DNA of 64,000 bases from Fistulifera solaris (Eukaryota): contig AP026123.1 of the NCBI GenBank assembly GCA_030295235.1, positions 124,001 through 188,000 on the forward strand, read 5' to 3'. The notes beneath the pieces are model-generated. The model was not told the origin of the DNA. It searched no databases and saw nothing but the letters and a program-made list of their open reading frames with translations. Both the position numbers and the translations under genes were made by a program. This document shows positions 1-12,477 of this stretch, piece after piece; the first letter of the stretch is position 1, and each line of letters starts with the position of its first letter.

Positions 1-3000
1 TTCACTCAATCTACAAATTGCTGGCGCTTACGAGCTTCAAGTGCGAGTAGCCAGCCCTATTGGCGATGGAGCATTCGTTGTGGGGCACCTGGAAAACAGG
101 AGCTCTATGCTACCGTTAATACGCTACCTGCTACGGGAGATCTCACCAATTCCGCGTCTATAACCCTTCCGCTTACGTTACCTGCGGAAAACTTTACACT
201 TCAAATTGGAGCCATACAGCCTGGTTGGAGTTTAATTTGGATGTCTCTTGAAGAGCTTGTTTTCAACTCATCACAAACGGAAGCTCCTCTGTCGCCAGTA
301 TTCGTATCAGACGCAGCAAACTACTCAGCAATGGATGGAATCACAACTGGAACATTAGCAGATGGGTCTTCATTCATTGGGTTTCTCGACCCATCTGATT
401 GGGTCTCATACAATGTACTGCTTCCTTTCACCGGGACATATAGAGTCGACGTCAGCGTCGCGAGTCCGGAAGGTGCTGGATCCTTTCAGGTCGCCAATAT
501 GATGACAAGAGAGGTGTACGGCACTTTTGATGATCTCCCTGCGTCTGGCGATTGGACGGAATGGAGAACAGCGAGCGAGTTGATCGGTCTACCCGAGGGA
601 GAATGGATGATGGAGTTGACAATTTTGGAAACTGGAATGAATATAAAATCGGTGACGATTTCACCTATAGAACCTGCGCCCTCAGAAGCGCCGGTGAACG
701 AATCCTCTGTGGTGCCAAGCCTTCCACCAGAAACGGAGGTGCCGGTGATACCTGACGTGTCAGGGAATAGCTCCTACATCGTACCAGACGATGCGTATTC
801 CATAACTATACCAGCGTCGATGTACGCTTCGATGGATGGCGTCGAAATGGCGGTTTCACCTAGTGGGGAATCGATTGTTGAATCGCTCGATCCGGGTGAT
901 TGGATTGCCTATCCGGTCTCGTTGCCGAAAGCCGGTCCGTTTATGATGGAAATGAATGTTTCCAGCCCCAGTGGCGAGGGCAGTTTTGAAGTCTACAATC
1001 TGATAACACGTGAGCTGTATACAAGGTTCGATCGAATACCTGCCAATCAAAACGTCTCTCAATTCAGTGCGGTCAGCGCTGTGGTAATACTTCCCGACGG
1101 TGACTTTTTTCTCGAGATCAGTGTCATCGAAGGAGGATGGAAATTGCAGGAACTGTCACTTACGGAGCTCGAAGAAATTTCAACCTCAAATTCAACGCTA
1201 CCCCCGGGACTGCTGTTTACTCAAACCATAGAAGCTGTCAACTACTCGTCCATGAATGGCATAGCCATTTCTGAAGACACAAACGGAAACCAAGTTGTGA
1301 GCGGATTGGATGCAGGCGATTGGGTTGCATACCCGTTAAACCTACCGTTTGACGGAACCTACCGGTTAGAAGTTAGCGTTGCCAGTCCTCAAGGTCAAGG
1401 TTCTTTTGCTGTGGAAAACTTGGAAACAGAAGAAGAGTATAAATTTGTTGAGAAACTGGCGTTTAGCGGGACATGGGAGAACTACACCACCGTCGAAACT
1501 TTTTTGGTACTACCGGCGGGTTTATGGACCATGAAAGTTCATGCGATAGAACCAGGCTGGAACTTGCATTCGTTGACTCTATCAAAAGATGGTGATGTAG
1601 AACCATCAGATTTCAACATCACGATTCCGGCGATCGACTACAGCGACATGACTGGAATCGAAGTTCAAGAATCAGCAAGTGGAGAATCTTACATAGGATT
1701 TATCGACGCTGGTGATGCTCTCTCTTACGAGTTGAGCCTCCCGGCACGAGGTATATATTCGATGCAGTTAAGAGTAGCCACACCAATGGGTGAAGGAAGA
1801 ATAGCAATCTTGGACAAGAACACAACTGAGGACTACGGCATCGTGACCGATTTCCCGCCGACAGGAGATTGGAACACTTTCGAGATGTTTTCGACGGAGC
1901 TTGAGCTTCCGGGTGGTGCATGGACCATGCAAATGGAGTTTCTCGAAGGAGGCTTCAACTTAGAAATGCTAGGCCTTACATTACTTCAAGTCATCGGAAC
2001 GGATCCGCCGACAATAGCGCCGTCAATATCATCAACCGACGAGCTGCTTTTCAATCTTGAAATTTCCGCTGTCGAATACAGCGACATGACTGGAATTGAA
2101 GTTCAAGAATCAGCGAGTGGAGAATCTTACATAGGATTTATCGACGCTGGTGATGCTCTCTCTTACGAGTTGAGCCTCCCGGCACGAGGTATATATTCGA
2201 TGCAGTTAAGAGTAGCCACACCAATGGGTGAAGGAAGAATAGCAATCTTGGACAAGAACACAACTGAGGACTACGGCATCGTGACCGATTTCCCGCCGAC
2301 AGGAGATTGGAACACTTTCGAGATGTTTTCGACGGAGCTTGAGCTTCCGGGTGGTGCATGGACAATGCAAATGGAGTTTCTCGAAGGAGGCTTCAACTTA
2401 GAAATGCTAGGCCTTACATTACTTCAAGTCATCGGAACGGATCCGCCGACAATGATTCCGTCTATGTCGCCAACTGCGGAGCCTCTCTTCCGAATCACGA
2501 TCCCTGCTGTGAATTTTACATACATGGTGGGCATCGCTGTGCAGGAAACAGCTGAGGGGGATCCCTTTGTCGGTTTCATCGACGCTGGTGATTCTGTCGC
2601 GTACCGAATAGATCTTCCTGCTCGTGGTATCTATACACTCCAGGCCAGGCTGGCGAGTCCTATCGGTGAAGGGTTGTTTACGATATCTGATTGGGAGACT
2701 TTGGAGGAATACGCTTTTGTCGATAAATTTCCGCCAAGTGCTGACTGGGAGTCATTCGAGACGGTGTCGAAGGACGTGGAATTACCAGGTGGTGAATGGA
2801 CGATGCAGGTCGAATTTTTAGAGCCTGGATTTAACTTGGAAAGACTCATTTTGACATTGATCGAAGAAATCGAAACTGAACCCCCGATAAGTGACGTGCC
2901 GACAATGGTTCCTTCCGCTATATCACTCAGTTTAGCGCCGTCCATTGAATCCCTCTTCACCATGATGATTCCCGCCGTCGACTACAGCGACATGACTGGA

Positions 3001-6000
3001 ATAGAAGTCCAAGAAACGGCCGACGGAGACCCTTATGTGGGTTTCATAGATCCTGGTGATTCTCTTTCTTACGGTTTAGATCTTCCAGCACGAGGTTTAT
3101 ATTCGATGCAACTACGAGTCGCAACTCCATTGGGCGAAGGAAGAATGGCTATCTCGGACAAGAATACGACGGAGGACTATGGTTTAGTAACGAATTTTCC
3201 AGCGACAGGAGACTGGGATACGTTCGAGGTGTTTTCAACAGAGCTTGAGTTTCCGGGTGGTGCATGGACCATGCAAATAGAGGTTCTCGAAGGCGGCTTC
3301 AACTTGGAGATGCTGGGCCTGACACTACTACAAGTAATAGAAACAGATCCTCCGACAAATGTGCCTACGATGGCGCCCACTGCTGAGCCTCTATTTCGCC
3401 TTACGATCGCTGCTGTGAACTTTGCCTACATGGAAGGCATCGCTGTGCAGGAAACAGCTGAAGGAGAGGTCTTTGTGGGGTATATTGACGCCGGAGACTC
3501 TATTGCATACGAGTTGAATCTCCCAGCACGAGGGATATACTCTATGCAGCTAAAAGTCGCCACACCATTGGGTGAAGGAAGAATAGCACTTTCCGATTGG
3601 GAAACATTTTTAGATTATGGCATGATAAGCAACTTTCCGCCGACAGGAGATTGGAACACCTTTGAAATCTTTTCTACTGAGCTTGAGCTTCCGGGTGGAG
3701 CATGGACCCTGCTTATGGAGTTTTTGGAAGGAGGATTCAACTTGGAGATGCTTAGTTTCACATTACTCCAGTTGGTTGAAACGGATCCTCCAACAATAGC
3801 GCCATCAATATCACCGACTGTGGAGCCTCTTTTCCGCGTCACCATCCCTGCTGTGAACTTTACGTACATGGAAGGTATTGCAGTGCAGGAATCTGCTGAG
3901 GGAGAGATCTTTGTGGGATATATCGACCCCGGCGATGCTGTGGCTTACGATTTGAACCTACCAACACGAGGAATATACTCAATGCAGTTAAGAGTCGCTA
4001 CGCCACTGGGAACAGGGCGGATAGCTATCACGAACGTCGATGCGACGGAGGCCTACGGGTTAGTTAGTGAATTTCCGCCAACAGGAGACTGGGACACTTT
4101 CGAATTTTTTTCGACTGAACTAGAGCTTCCAGGTGGTGCATGGATCATGCAGTTGGAGTTTCTCGAAGGAGGCTTCAACTTGGAGATGCTGGGTCTCACG
4201 CTTCTTCAAGTCATCAAAACGGATCCTCCAACAGTAGCGCCATCGGTAGCGCCCACTGCTGAGCCTCTTTTCCGCGTTACTATTCCTGCTGTAAACTTTA
4301 CTTTCATGGAAGGTATCGCCATTCAAGAAACAGCTGAGGGAGAGACCTTTGTAGGATATATTGACGCCGGAGACTCTATTGCTTACGATTTGAACCTCCC
4401 AGCACGAGGAATATATTCTATCCAATTGCTGGTCGCTAGTCCAATAGGCACGGGACAAATTGCCATCTCGGATTGGGAAACCTTTCAAGAATATGGACTG
4501 CTGACTTCGTTCCCTGCCAGCGGCGATTGGAACACTTTTGAGATGCTTTCGGCGGAGCTTGAGCTTCCAGGAGGTGCATGGACTATGCAGATGGAATTTT
4601 TGGAGGCAGGCTTCAATTTGCAGGCAATAGGGCTTACATTGTTTGAAATTATCGGAACGAGTGCGCCAAATATGTCGCCTATTACGTCATTGGCACCTAA
4701 TGCTTCGCCCACTTCGCCTGTAACGTTTGACGTTCTAATACCGGCCGCTAACTATCTGTACATGGAAGGAGTGACAGTTCAAAACTCTTCGCAGGGTACT
4801 GCGTTTCTTACTGGGTTGGACACTGGTGACTCCGTTGCATACGCTGTTTCCATTCCAGCCACTGGAGTATACAGTCTTCAAGCTAGTGTTGGAAGTCTCG
4901 TTGGTGAGGGTAAATTTGTCGTCGCCAATTGGGTAACATTTGAAGAATATGCCTTCATTGATACATTACCATCTACGGGGGACTTAGCACAATTTGATAC
5001 TGTTACAACAGATCTTGACCTTGCTAAGGGCCCATTGATCATGCAAATAGAGGTCATCGAGCCTGGATTTTCTCTGGAGTCGTTGAGATTGTCGAGCAGC
5101 GAGACTCAAACCATTACTCCTACCGCGACAATAGAGCCTTCAGGAAATCTGACTTTCGATCCAACAGAGATACCAACCCAGGTTCCGACAGAAGTTCCAC
5201 TCTTCGTCCTAGAAATTCCGGCCGTAAATTTCACGTACATGGACGGCATATCCATTGAAAAAACTGAAGATGGAGTCCCATTTGTCGGATACATTGATCT
5301 GGGAGATAGTGTGTCATATTCCGTTTTGTTACCATTCGCAGGTTCCTACAAATTGCAGTTGAACGTTGCAAGCCCGGAAGGCACAGGTCAAATGAAGATT
5401 TCTAATTGGGAGACCTTTGAAGCATATGGAATGATCGGCAACTTTCCAACCACCGCTGATTGGGCTACCTATGAATTAGTATCCACTGACCTGGATCTTC
5501 CTGGTGGAGAGGTGATTCTCCATTTTGAAGTAATTGAGCCTGGATTTAACCTGGAGTCCCTCGTCATCTCATTGCTCGAAGCAATCGAAACCCTTGCACC
5601 GTCAGAAGCTGGCAGCAGCCCTCCCTTGTTTTACATTGAGATTCCCGTCGAAGACTTCCTGTATTTTGAAAATGTGGAAGTCTTAAATTTCGAAGGAGAG
5701 CCATACCTTGGCTCCTTAGCACCAGGAAGTTCTGTAGCTTATTCTGTCGAACTTCCATCGACAGGCGCGTATAAGCTTCACTCGGGCGTAGGAAGTCCTG
5801 ATGGCAAGGGGCATTTGGCGTTTCAAATTGGGAAACATGGACTGAATACGCTTTCGTCAACAACTTTCCGGTGACCGGAAGCTTGACTTCATGGGAAACG
5901 GTTTCGACCGATTTAAGTCTTCCGGCAGGAAACCTTATACTGCAGATTGAAGTATACGAAGGTGAATTTACTTTACAGTCACTAGCACTCGAACTGACTG

Positions 6001-6854
6001 AAGGCTTGGACACCAATGTTCCGGTCGGTCCAATCGACAGCCAAGCCCCAATAGGACCTGGTGAGAGCCTAAGCCCAACTCGAAGCCCAATAGGCTTCAA
6101 TGAAACCATGTCGCCGACCGGCCCCGAACCGAATCCGGGAACAACGGCCCCAACTGTAACCCAGACAGAAGCTCCAGAGTTTTACCTCTTTATTCCTGCA
6201 CCCAACTATACTTCGTCGAATGGTGACTTTGGTTTAGAGACTGCCGAAGACGGAACTCAAAATATTGCTTTTCTTGATCCTGGAGACTGGCTTGGCTATG
6301 ACATATCTCTGCCATATGAAGGGCGGTACAGACTGGAAGCCAACATAGCTAGCCAAGCTGGTAATGGATCGTTTGTTGTGACGAATGTCGAAACCCAAGA
6401 AGAGTATGCTTTTGTAGACAATCTCCCTGTAACCGGTGACTGGAACGTGTACGAGTCCACGACAACTGAAGTAACTCTTCCGGACGGAGATTTCACTTTG
6501 CAAATCTTTATCGTTGAATCAGGCTTCAATATACGATGGTTCTCTTTGGAGCTTCTTGAAGCCACTGGAGGTGGCGGAGGAGGATCATCGAAATCGTCCT
6601 CCAAATCGTCTTCATCTTCCTCTTCCTCGAAAAAGTCGAAGAAGTCAAAGAAATCGAAAAAATCAAAGTCGTCCTCATCGTCCACAGAGAGCAGTGGCAA
6701 AGCATCGAAGAAAGCAAGCAGCGCCACGGAGAGTAGTGGCAGCGCATCTAAAACAACAAGTAGTGGCAAAGCGTCCAAAAAAGGCACAGAAAGTCCCGTC
6801 GTTTCTCGCCGTTTAAAGACAAAATCAAGGCGAAGAAGTCTAGCAAAGAGGTAG
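1..6854 (+). CDS. Giant tandem CBM6-like carbohydrate-binding repeat protein (at least 14 complete modules plus 1 partial) with Pro/Thr/Ser linkers and a C-terminal Ser/Lys-rich tail; 5' end lies outside the window
   Basis: About 146-aa repeats with the CBM6-type pattern (IPAxxYxxMxG...VGFIDxGDxxxY...G.YxxxxRVASP.G.G...P.TGDWxTF...GFNL). ORFs 241-5874 and 5871-6854 join via a missing G in aagggg at ~5807-5811, which restores DGKGAFGVSNWETWTEYAFVNNFPVTGS. Another frameshift lies near 92-100 (frame 2 AGAYELQVRVASPIGDG to frame 1 ELYATVNTLPATGD). Confidence 0.85.
1639..2453 (+). repeat. Near-identical intragenic tandem duplication of one CBM6 module (period 438 bp)
   Basis: 1639-~2015 matches 2077-~2453 with about 3 synonymous differences. 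The antisense ORFs 1700-1921 and 2138-2365 give the same peptide. Confidence 0.95.
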
Positions 6855-7058
6855 ACTAGATACAGAGGGTTCACATCACACATTGCAATAGTACCTTTTC
6901 ATCATACACTCGCAAGCAATAGCGACGATCACACACTCTAGAAGGAGAAGCCTACGCTTCCTGTATGTACAGTTAAGTTAAAAATGTATTGACGTCGAAA
7001 TTACCATTAAGGTGTGACACATCGAATTATTCTTTGTCAGTCTCCGGAAATCGTCAAA

Positions 7059-9797
7059 TCATATAGCGTAATTGGGGTGAACGGCAAGAGGCGTATTTGC
7101 TTCTTGCTGTTTGTTAGTGGGCATGGGCCCCACGGTTACGAGGACGTGATCTGTATTGACGAGTCGTCGTAAAACTAGGTTAACCTTCTTCCTCGTAGCT
7201 TCCAAGGCCTCAACAGAATCACCTATATCCGATTCGACCTGACTTAGATACCACTCTACTACGTCCTTCCATTTCCAGTAAACTGGATCACCTTCGTCGT
7301 CGTCTGACTCCAACGATCTCAGCTGCGTCGCTATCATATGTGCCATAGCCTCGTACTCTTCAAAAGAAATCTTTGTCTTTTTCTTTTCTTTTCTAGAAGG
7401 AGGCTGTTCTGAAGGTTCGTATTCACCTGGTCGAGGCTCTGCTTCGTCTGCCTGATGCGGCGCGTCGTCGGGATTGTCGTCTCCATCATCGTCGTCGCCA
7501 TTGTCATGGTCACCGCCTTCGTCAACCGCGATATCCGACGTTTCTACTCTCAAAATGCTGGTTTTTAGTAAGCGGAAGGCTTTGTTGACATAGTCGGGTT
7601 GGATTTCAGAATCACAATGCAACCGTGCCAGCGCTTCGGAGAGCCGAATCAACGACTCTAGCTGACGCACAGTGATACGATATGCTGAGCGACTGGCACC
7701 CAGACTATCACTTTGACGCAGTCTTCGATAGCAGTCTACCAATACGCGCTGAGAAGCCGGCGTAATCTTCGGGTGGATAGTTCGAGCAAAACGAATGTAG
7801 CGCTGGATTTGCTCCATCGTATATGGTGCGGTGACGAGTGTTTCTTTGCACCTGTGGACGTTCAAGATGTGTTGTGCCACGCGACGGTCGGTAGCTGGAT
7901 TGCAATCATCCAGAACGACAAAGAACAAATCGAAACGAGATAGAATCGGTGCACTGAGGGCGACGTTGGCGCTCAGAGTCTTGCTGCGATCGTATCTTCC
8001 GTACACAGGGTTAGCGGCCGCAAGAATGCTGGCCCTGGCATTCAAGGTTGCTTGAATACCTGCTTTGGTGATACTGATGGTCTGCTGTTCCATAGCTTCA
8101 TGAATAGCCACTTGATCGGACGGATCCATCTTATCAAACTCGTCAATACAACATATTCCATTGTCAGCAAGAAGCAACGCACCGGCTTCAATTCCATACT
8201 CTCCCGTATCCGAGTCTCTCTGAACAGCCGCTGTCAGACCGGCTGCACTACTTGCCTTTCCGACACAATAGACACTGCGATTGCTAAAGGCGTGCACATA
8301 CTTGAGAAACTGTGATTTGGCCGTGCTGGGATCTCCCACAATGCAGAGATTGATATCACCGCGGAGCTTCAAGCCATCCGGAGCCGTCTTGTGCACTCCT
8401 CCCAGTAGTTGCAGTAAAATACCTTTCTTAATCTCAAGATGACCGGCTGTATTGGGACAGATGGACTGCGCCAACAGCTCGTACAAGTTCGGCGTACTAC
8501 GCATATCACGTATCTCCTGTCGTTGCTGCGGAGTGAGTTCCAATACAACTTGCTCGGGAGTATCTTCTTGCGGCTCGACACCATTGACCCAGAGGTTGAC
8601 TTTATTACTTTTATCGGAAGCACCAAGAATACTGCTCACTAAGAAGCACGTCCGATACGTCAATTCCTTGACACCGGTCGCTTGCAAACCCCGCACACCC
8701 GTACTATCCGTATTTTGATTGGAGATACTGCGCGGAGCTTCTCCCGCTCGAGCCAAGGCTCCACCATCGGGGATAACAACCCAACTTCCCGTGAGTATGA
8801 CGGTATCACCCGCCTTGCAACGTTCGACCATTTCGCCGCGACAAAAGACATCCATACTGCGTGGCATGCTGCCGGGCGGTATCTCATGACTCAATTCTTG
8901 GACTCGCAACTTTTGCCAATCAACGAATTCCGACATGCTGGTTTCTAAAGTAAAATGTCGTTTGTTTTTACAACGCGGATTGCGACATCGCGTCGGACGG
9001 GTGTGATGAAATTGTTGTTGAATGGCTTGTGACACAAGCCCGCAGTCTTGACAGCGAAAAACACCTTGCAAGAGTTCGGGACGAACTTCACTACTGCGTG
9101 TAACGGTTCCTTTGACACTGACCAAGCTACCGATTTGTTCCATGCGCAAATGACGCAATTTTCCGAGAACGGGTAAATCATGAAGGGCGACAAAGAAACT
9201 CTTGTGCGTATGCAACTCGGGATGCTGATAATGAATGAATTGCGTCAATCCTTTGCGAAGAAAGGGCTCAAAGCGGATGAATTCGGCTTGTAGAGCTTCT
9301 GCGAGATCATAATCGTGTCGTTGCAAATGGGAGAAATCAATCAATAACGTATACGCGAGTTGATTTTGATTTCCCCGATCTTCATCGGTTTCCTGTTCTA
9401 ACAGTTTGCGAGCAATCCGTGATGCTTGATCGATGTAAGGATAGTATTGCGTTTCTTCGTAATCACCGTCCGCAGTCTCGACTGTCGTGCGCTCCGAACT
9501 GTGAAGGAAGAAAAAAAAAGAGTGAAAAAGAAGAAAACGAAAAGCTTTGAATGAAATAAATGACACAAATAACACTTACAAAGTATCAAGAAACGCCATG
9601 AATCGTTCTTTCACAATTTCACCATTCGGATCCGTGATTTCCGGTTCGATTACAACCGCTTCATCGGCTTCGCGTCGTTCGGGTTGCGGCATGGCCGCGA
9701 CTTCCGCCATGGCTTCCGCTTGCTCTCGCGTCGGAAGCGCGGCAGCTCGTTCCGCCTCATTCTCTTGTTGTGAACGTACCGACGCCACGGAAGCCAT
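7059..9797 (-). CDS. MCM6: DNA replication licensing factor MCM6; intron 9499-9579
   Basis: Zn finger CQDC...CRNPRC, Walker A GDPSTAKSQ, Walker B CCIDEFDKM, arginine finger SRFD, and MCM6-type EIPPGSMPRS and GVRGL..GVKELTY. A GTAAGT...CAG intron joins ORFs 9576-9797 and 7059-9575 in frame. Confidence 0.93.
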
Positions 9798-10222
9798 TGT
9801 GCTAATTAAAAGTGTTACTTATGTTCTTGTTCGTCTATTTTGTAAGACTAATTGATTACAAGGATAGGTTGTTGGCCAGTAACAGAGGCGACGAGTGTTG
9901 ACCTTGTTTTTGTTGATGTGAAGAAGGAAAAGAAAATGCGCGGGAAAGCGTCCGGCGCACCTCAACGGATAAGAAAATCTATTGGACGAGTAACGGTACG
10001 ATCTATTTTCGTTTCCATTTACTGCAAACAAGGCTAACCCGGATTTTTGAACGCCAATCGCCAATTGCCCAATTGACACCAATAGACTACTTCATGAAAA
10101 GCCCTATAAAATGCAGCGCTGCACTTAGTGCCTTAGTTATAAGCTCAGTCCAAAAGAAGCATGTAAAGGTTATCAGTGCTATTTCCTGTCAGCTCGAACT
10201 AACAAGTACTCGGAGTATATGA

Positions 10223-11620
10223 CTACGATGATTTCTTGCCAAGATTCGTCAAGGCCGAAAGTCGTTCCACTAAAGGAGGATGCGAGTAATGATAGGTGCT
10301 GTACCACGGATCCGGTGTCATCGCACCTAAATTCTCCAAATGGATCTTGATCAGGCCTGTTTGCAGCTGACTTGCCATACCGAGATCCGCTCCAAACTTG
10401 TCGGCGCCGAACTCATTGTGTCGCGAAAACAATGTTAGCAAAAGGATAGCACTTTATCGACGGGAGCCCACAATGTTTGAAAGAACAAAAGTAGTGCAAT
10501 AATAGTAGGAACCTTTCCATGAAAGCCAAATGCTTGATAAAGTTCTGTATTGCCGTACGTTTGAGAGAAGACGAAAAAGGCAGCACCCACATAAAGTTGC
10601 GTAATGACCAAATTGCTGACCGTGTGGCCCAACTTCCAGTGACCGAGTTCGTGTCCCAAAATGGCCAAAATCTCATCTTGTTCGACTTGTGTGAGGAGTG
10701 TATCAAAGAGAACGATGCGCTTGTTATTTCCGAAACCAAACATGAAAGCATTCGAATGACTGGATCGTTTGGAACCATCCATAACGAACAATTTCGTCAG
10801 GGGGTAGTTGAGTCGCTTGGCGAGAGCATAAATTTGATCCTTGAGGTCACCGTCCGGCAGGGGCTCGTACTTGTTAAAAAGCGGCATGATGACAACGGGC
10901 ACAATGGTCATCATAAAGAGAGAAAAAAACGCAGACGAATGCCCAGACGTACAAATAAAAGTATTCACCGCCCTTTTGAATAATAGTGAGCAACAATGCT
11001 ACAAACGGACCGCCAATCAACGCCGTCAAGACGAGACTCTTGATCTGATCCGTGAAAAGAGCGACAGCGTTTGTTTGTTGAATCCATGTTTGCGTTCGAC
11101 TTGAAACGTCGAATACAATTCAAAGGGAAGTTTCGTAACGGTCCCAATGAGCGTGACAAGACCCAAAAAGATCAGTGTAATTTTGATTTCATCTTCGGCG
11201 GTATATCCCAAATACTGATTTCCGATCGCCGCCGCGCGATCCCACATGTACGGCAAGAACCCCAACAACAAAAAGGCAATCGATTCTGACACATCATAAA
11301 GACTCGCAATTCGTCCGAGTTGCATCTTGTCACGTCCGTACAATTGTGCCTTGCTGAATTTTTTCTTTCATTTGCGGCAATAATTTCTTTTCTTTGTTGT
11401 CGATTTTCGAAACTGTCGTTTCGAGTAATGACGGGAACTGATTGATTTTGTAAGCGGCATGTTGACGGGCATCGAGATAACTTTCCCAGGTGTATACTAC
11501 GGCAGTAAAGAGAATGGTGCCCGCGAGGGCATACTGAGCCATCCGGGACGACGCGTCATTTGCGTCTGTCGATCCTTCTTGTTGATAATACGGAGTCCAC
11601 GGTAACGAAGCGAACGACAT
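10223..11620 (-). CDS. STE24: CAAX prenyl protease 1 (peptidase M48), split by several frameshifts
   Basis: WESYLDARQH, YSTFQVERKHGFNKQT, PLFNKYEPL, DGSKRSSHSNAF, RIVLFDTL, HELGHW and YHYSHPPLVERL are spread over five consecutive minus-strand ORF fragments. Confidence 0.9.
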
Positions 11621-11779
11621 GATTGCGTTCAAATTTTAAATAAAACTACTATGACAAGTATAATGATGATCCAAGTCCAGCAATGCTCTTTTGAATGCAA
11701 GGAGATGGAAACAAAAGAGTCGAAATGGAAGTTCGACGGTCTCCGATCTCTCTTTCGTGGCAGAAGGCGGACCTCCACG

Positions 11780-12265
11780 TGTCATGATGCCGAAAAGCCT
11801 CTTAAGGTTTAGAATAACATCTTTTCCGCATTTACTATGACCTAAAGTGTTAGTTTAGCCTGACCCCGACAGCTTTTTTCAGTCATGAATCAATATGCTT
11901 TTGAACCAGACTCCAATCTTAACTTCGTTCGTTCTGCAGATATGATGAGTTCTGTTTGTCTTTCTACCAAGCAATAGCCTACATTCAATCTTGCAATGTG
12001 TTCTTGCGTCATGATGCCGAAAAGTCTCTAAGATTGTTTATTGTTTGCTTTCATATGTACTATAGACACGAAGTGTATGTCAACTTTTCCACGACTGCAT
12101 TATTTCAAGTCATGAATCAATATTCTTTTGAACCAGACGGTCATCTAACCATCGTTTATTCTGCAAAAGTAGTGAGTTTTGTTTGTCTTTCTACCCAAAT
12201 AACAGCCTACATCTAAATTCGCAGTGCGCTTCTTACTCCATGATACCGATAAGCCTCTTAGATTG
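11780..12265. repeat. Diverged ~228-bp tandem repeat (about 2.1 copies) in a divergent promoter
   Basis: gtcatgatgccgaaaagcctc at ~11781, gtcatgatgccgaaaagtctc at ~12008 and catgataccgataagcctc at ~12239. agtcatgaatcaatat.cttttgaaccagac occurs at 11881 and ~12108. Confidence 0.85.
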
Positions 12266-12477
12266 ATCTCTTCTTCCCATCGTCCCATAGTTTCGGTTTC
12301 AGATTCCAGATTCCTGTAGTCTGTACGTCATCCGTATGATGGATAACCAAGAAAATAATAAAGTCAGCATCCAACGAAGCCTTTCTTCGTTGATATGCAA
12401 CACATCAACATCAGCATCTTCTGGCATCGTCCCAATCAATATCTATCCGTCTTCTACTAATAAAATAGTATTAAACC

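Noticed and set aside
5564..6883. Long antisense ORFs (5564-6109, 6296-6883; also 50529-51230 and 51538-52137)
   Set aside because: Shadows of the sense-strand genes, with no independent motifs.
10223..11620. STE24, TyrRS, ATRX and others as pseudogenes or programmed-frameshift genes
   Set aside because: Motifs are intact and breaks are single-base indels spread across the whole window, so sequencing error is more parsimonious.
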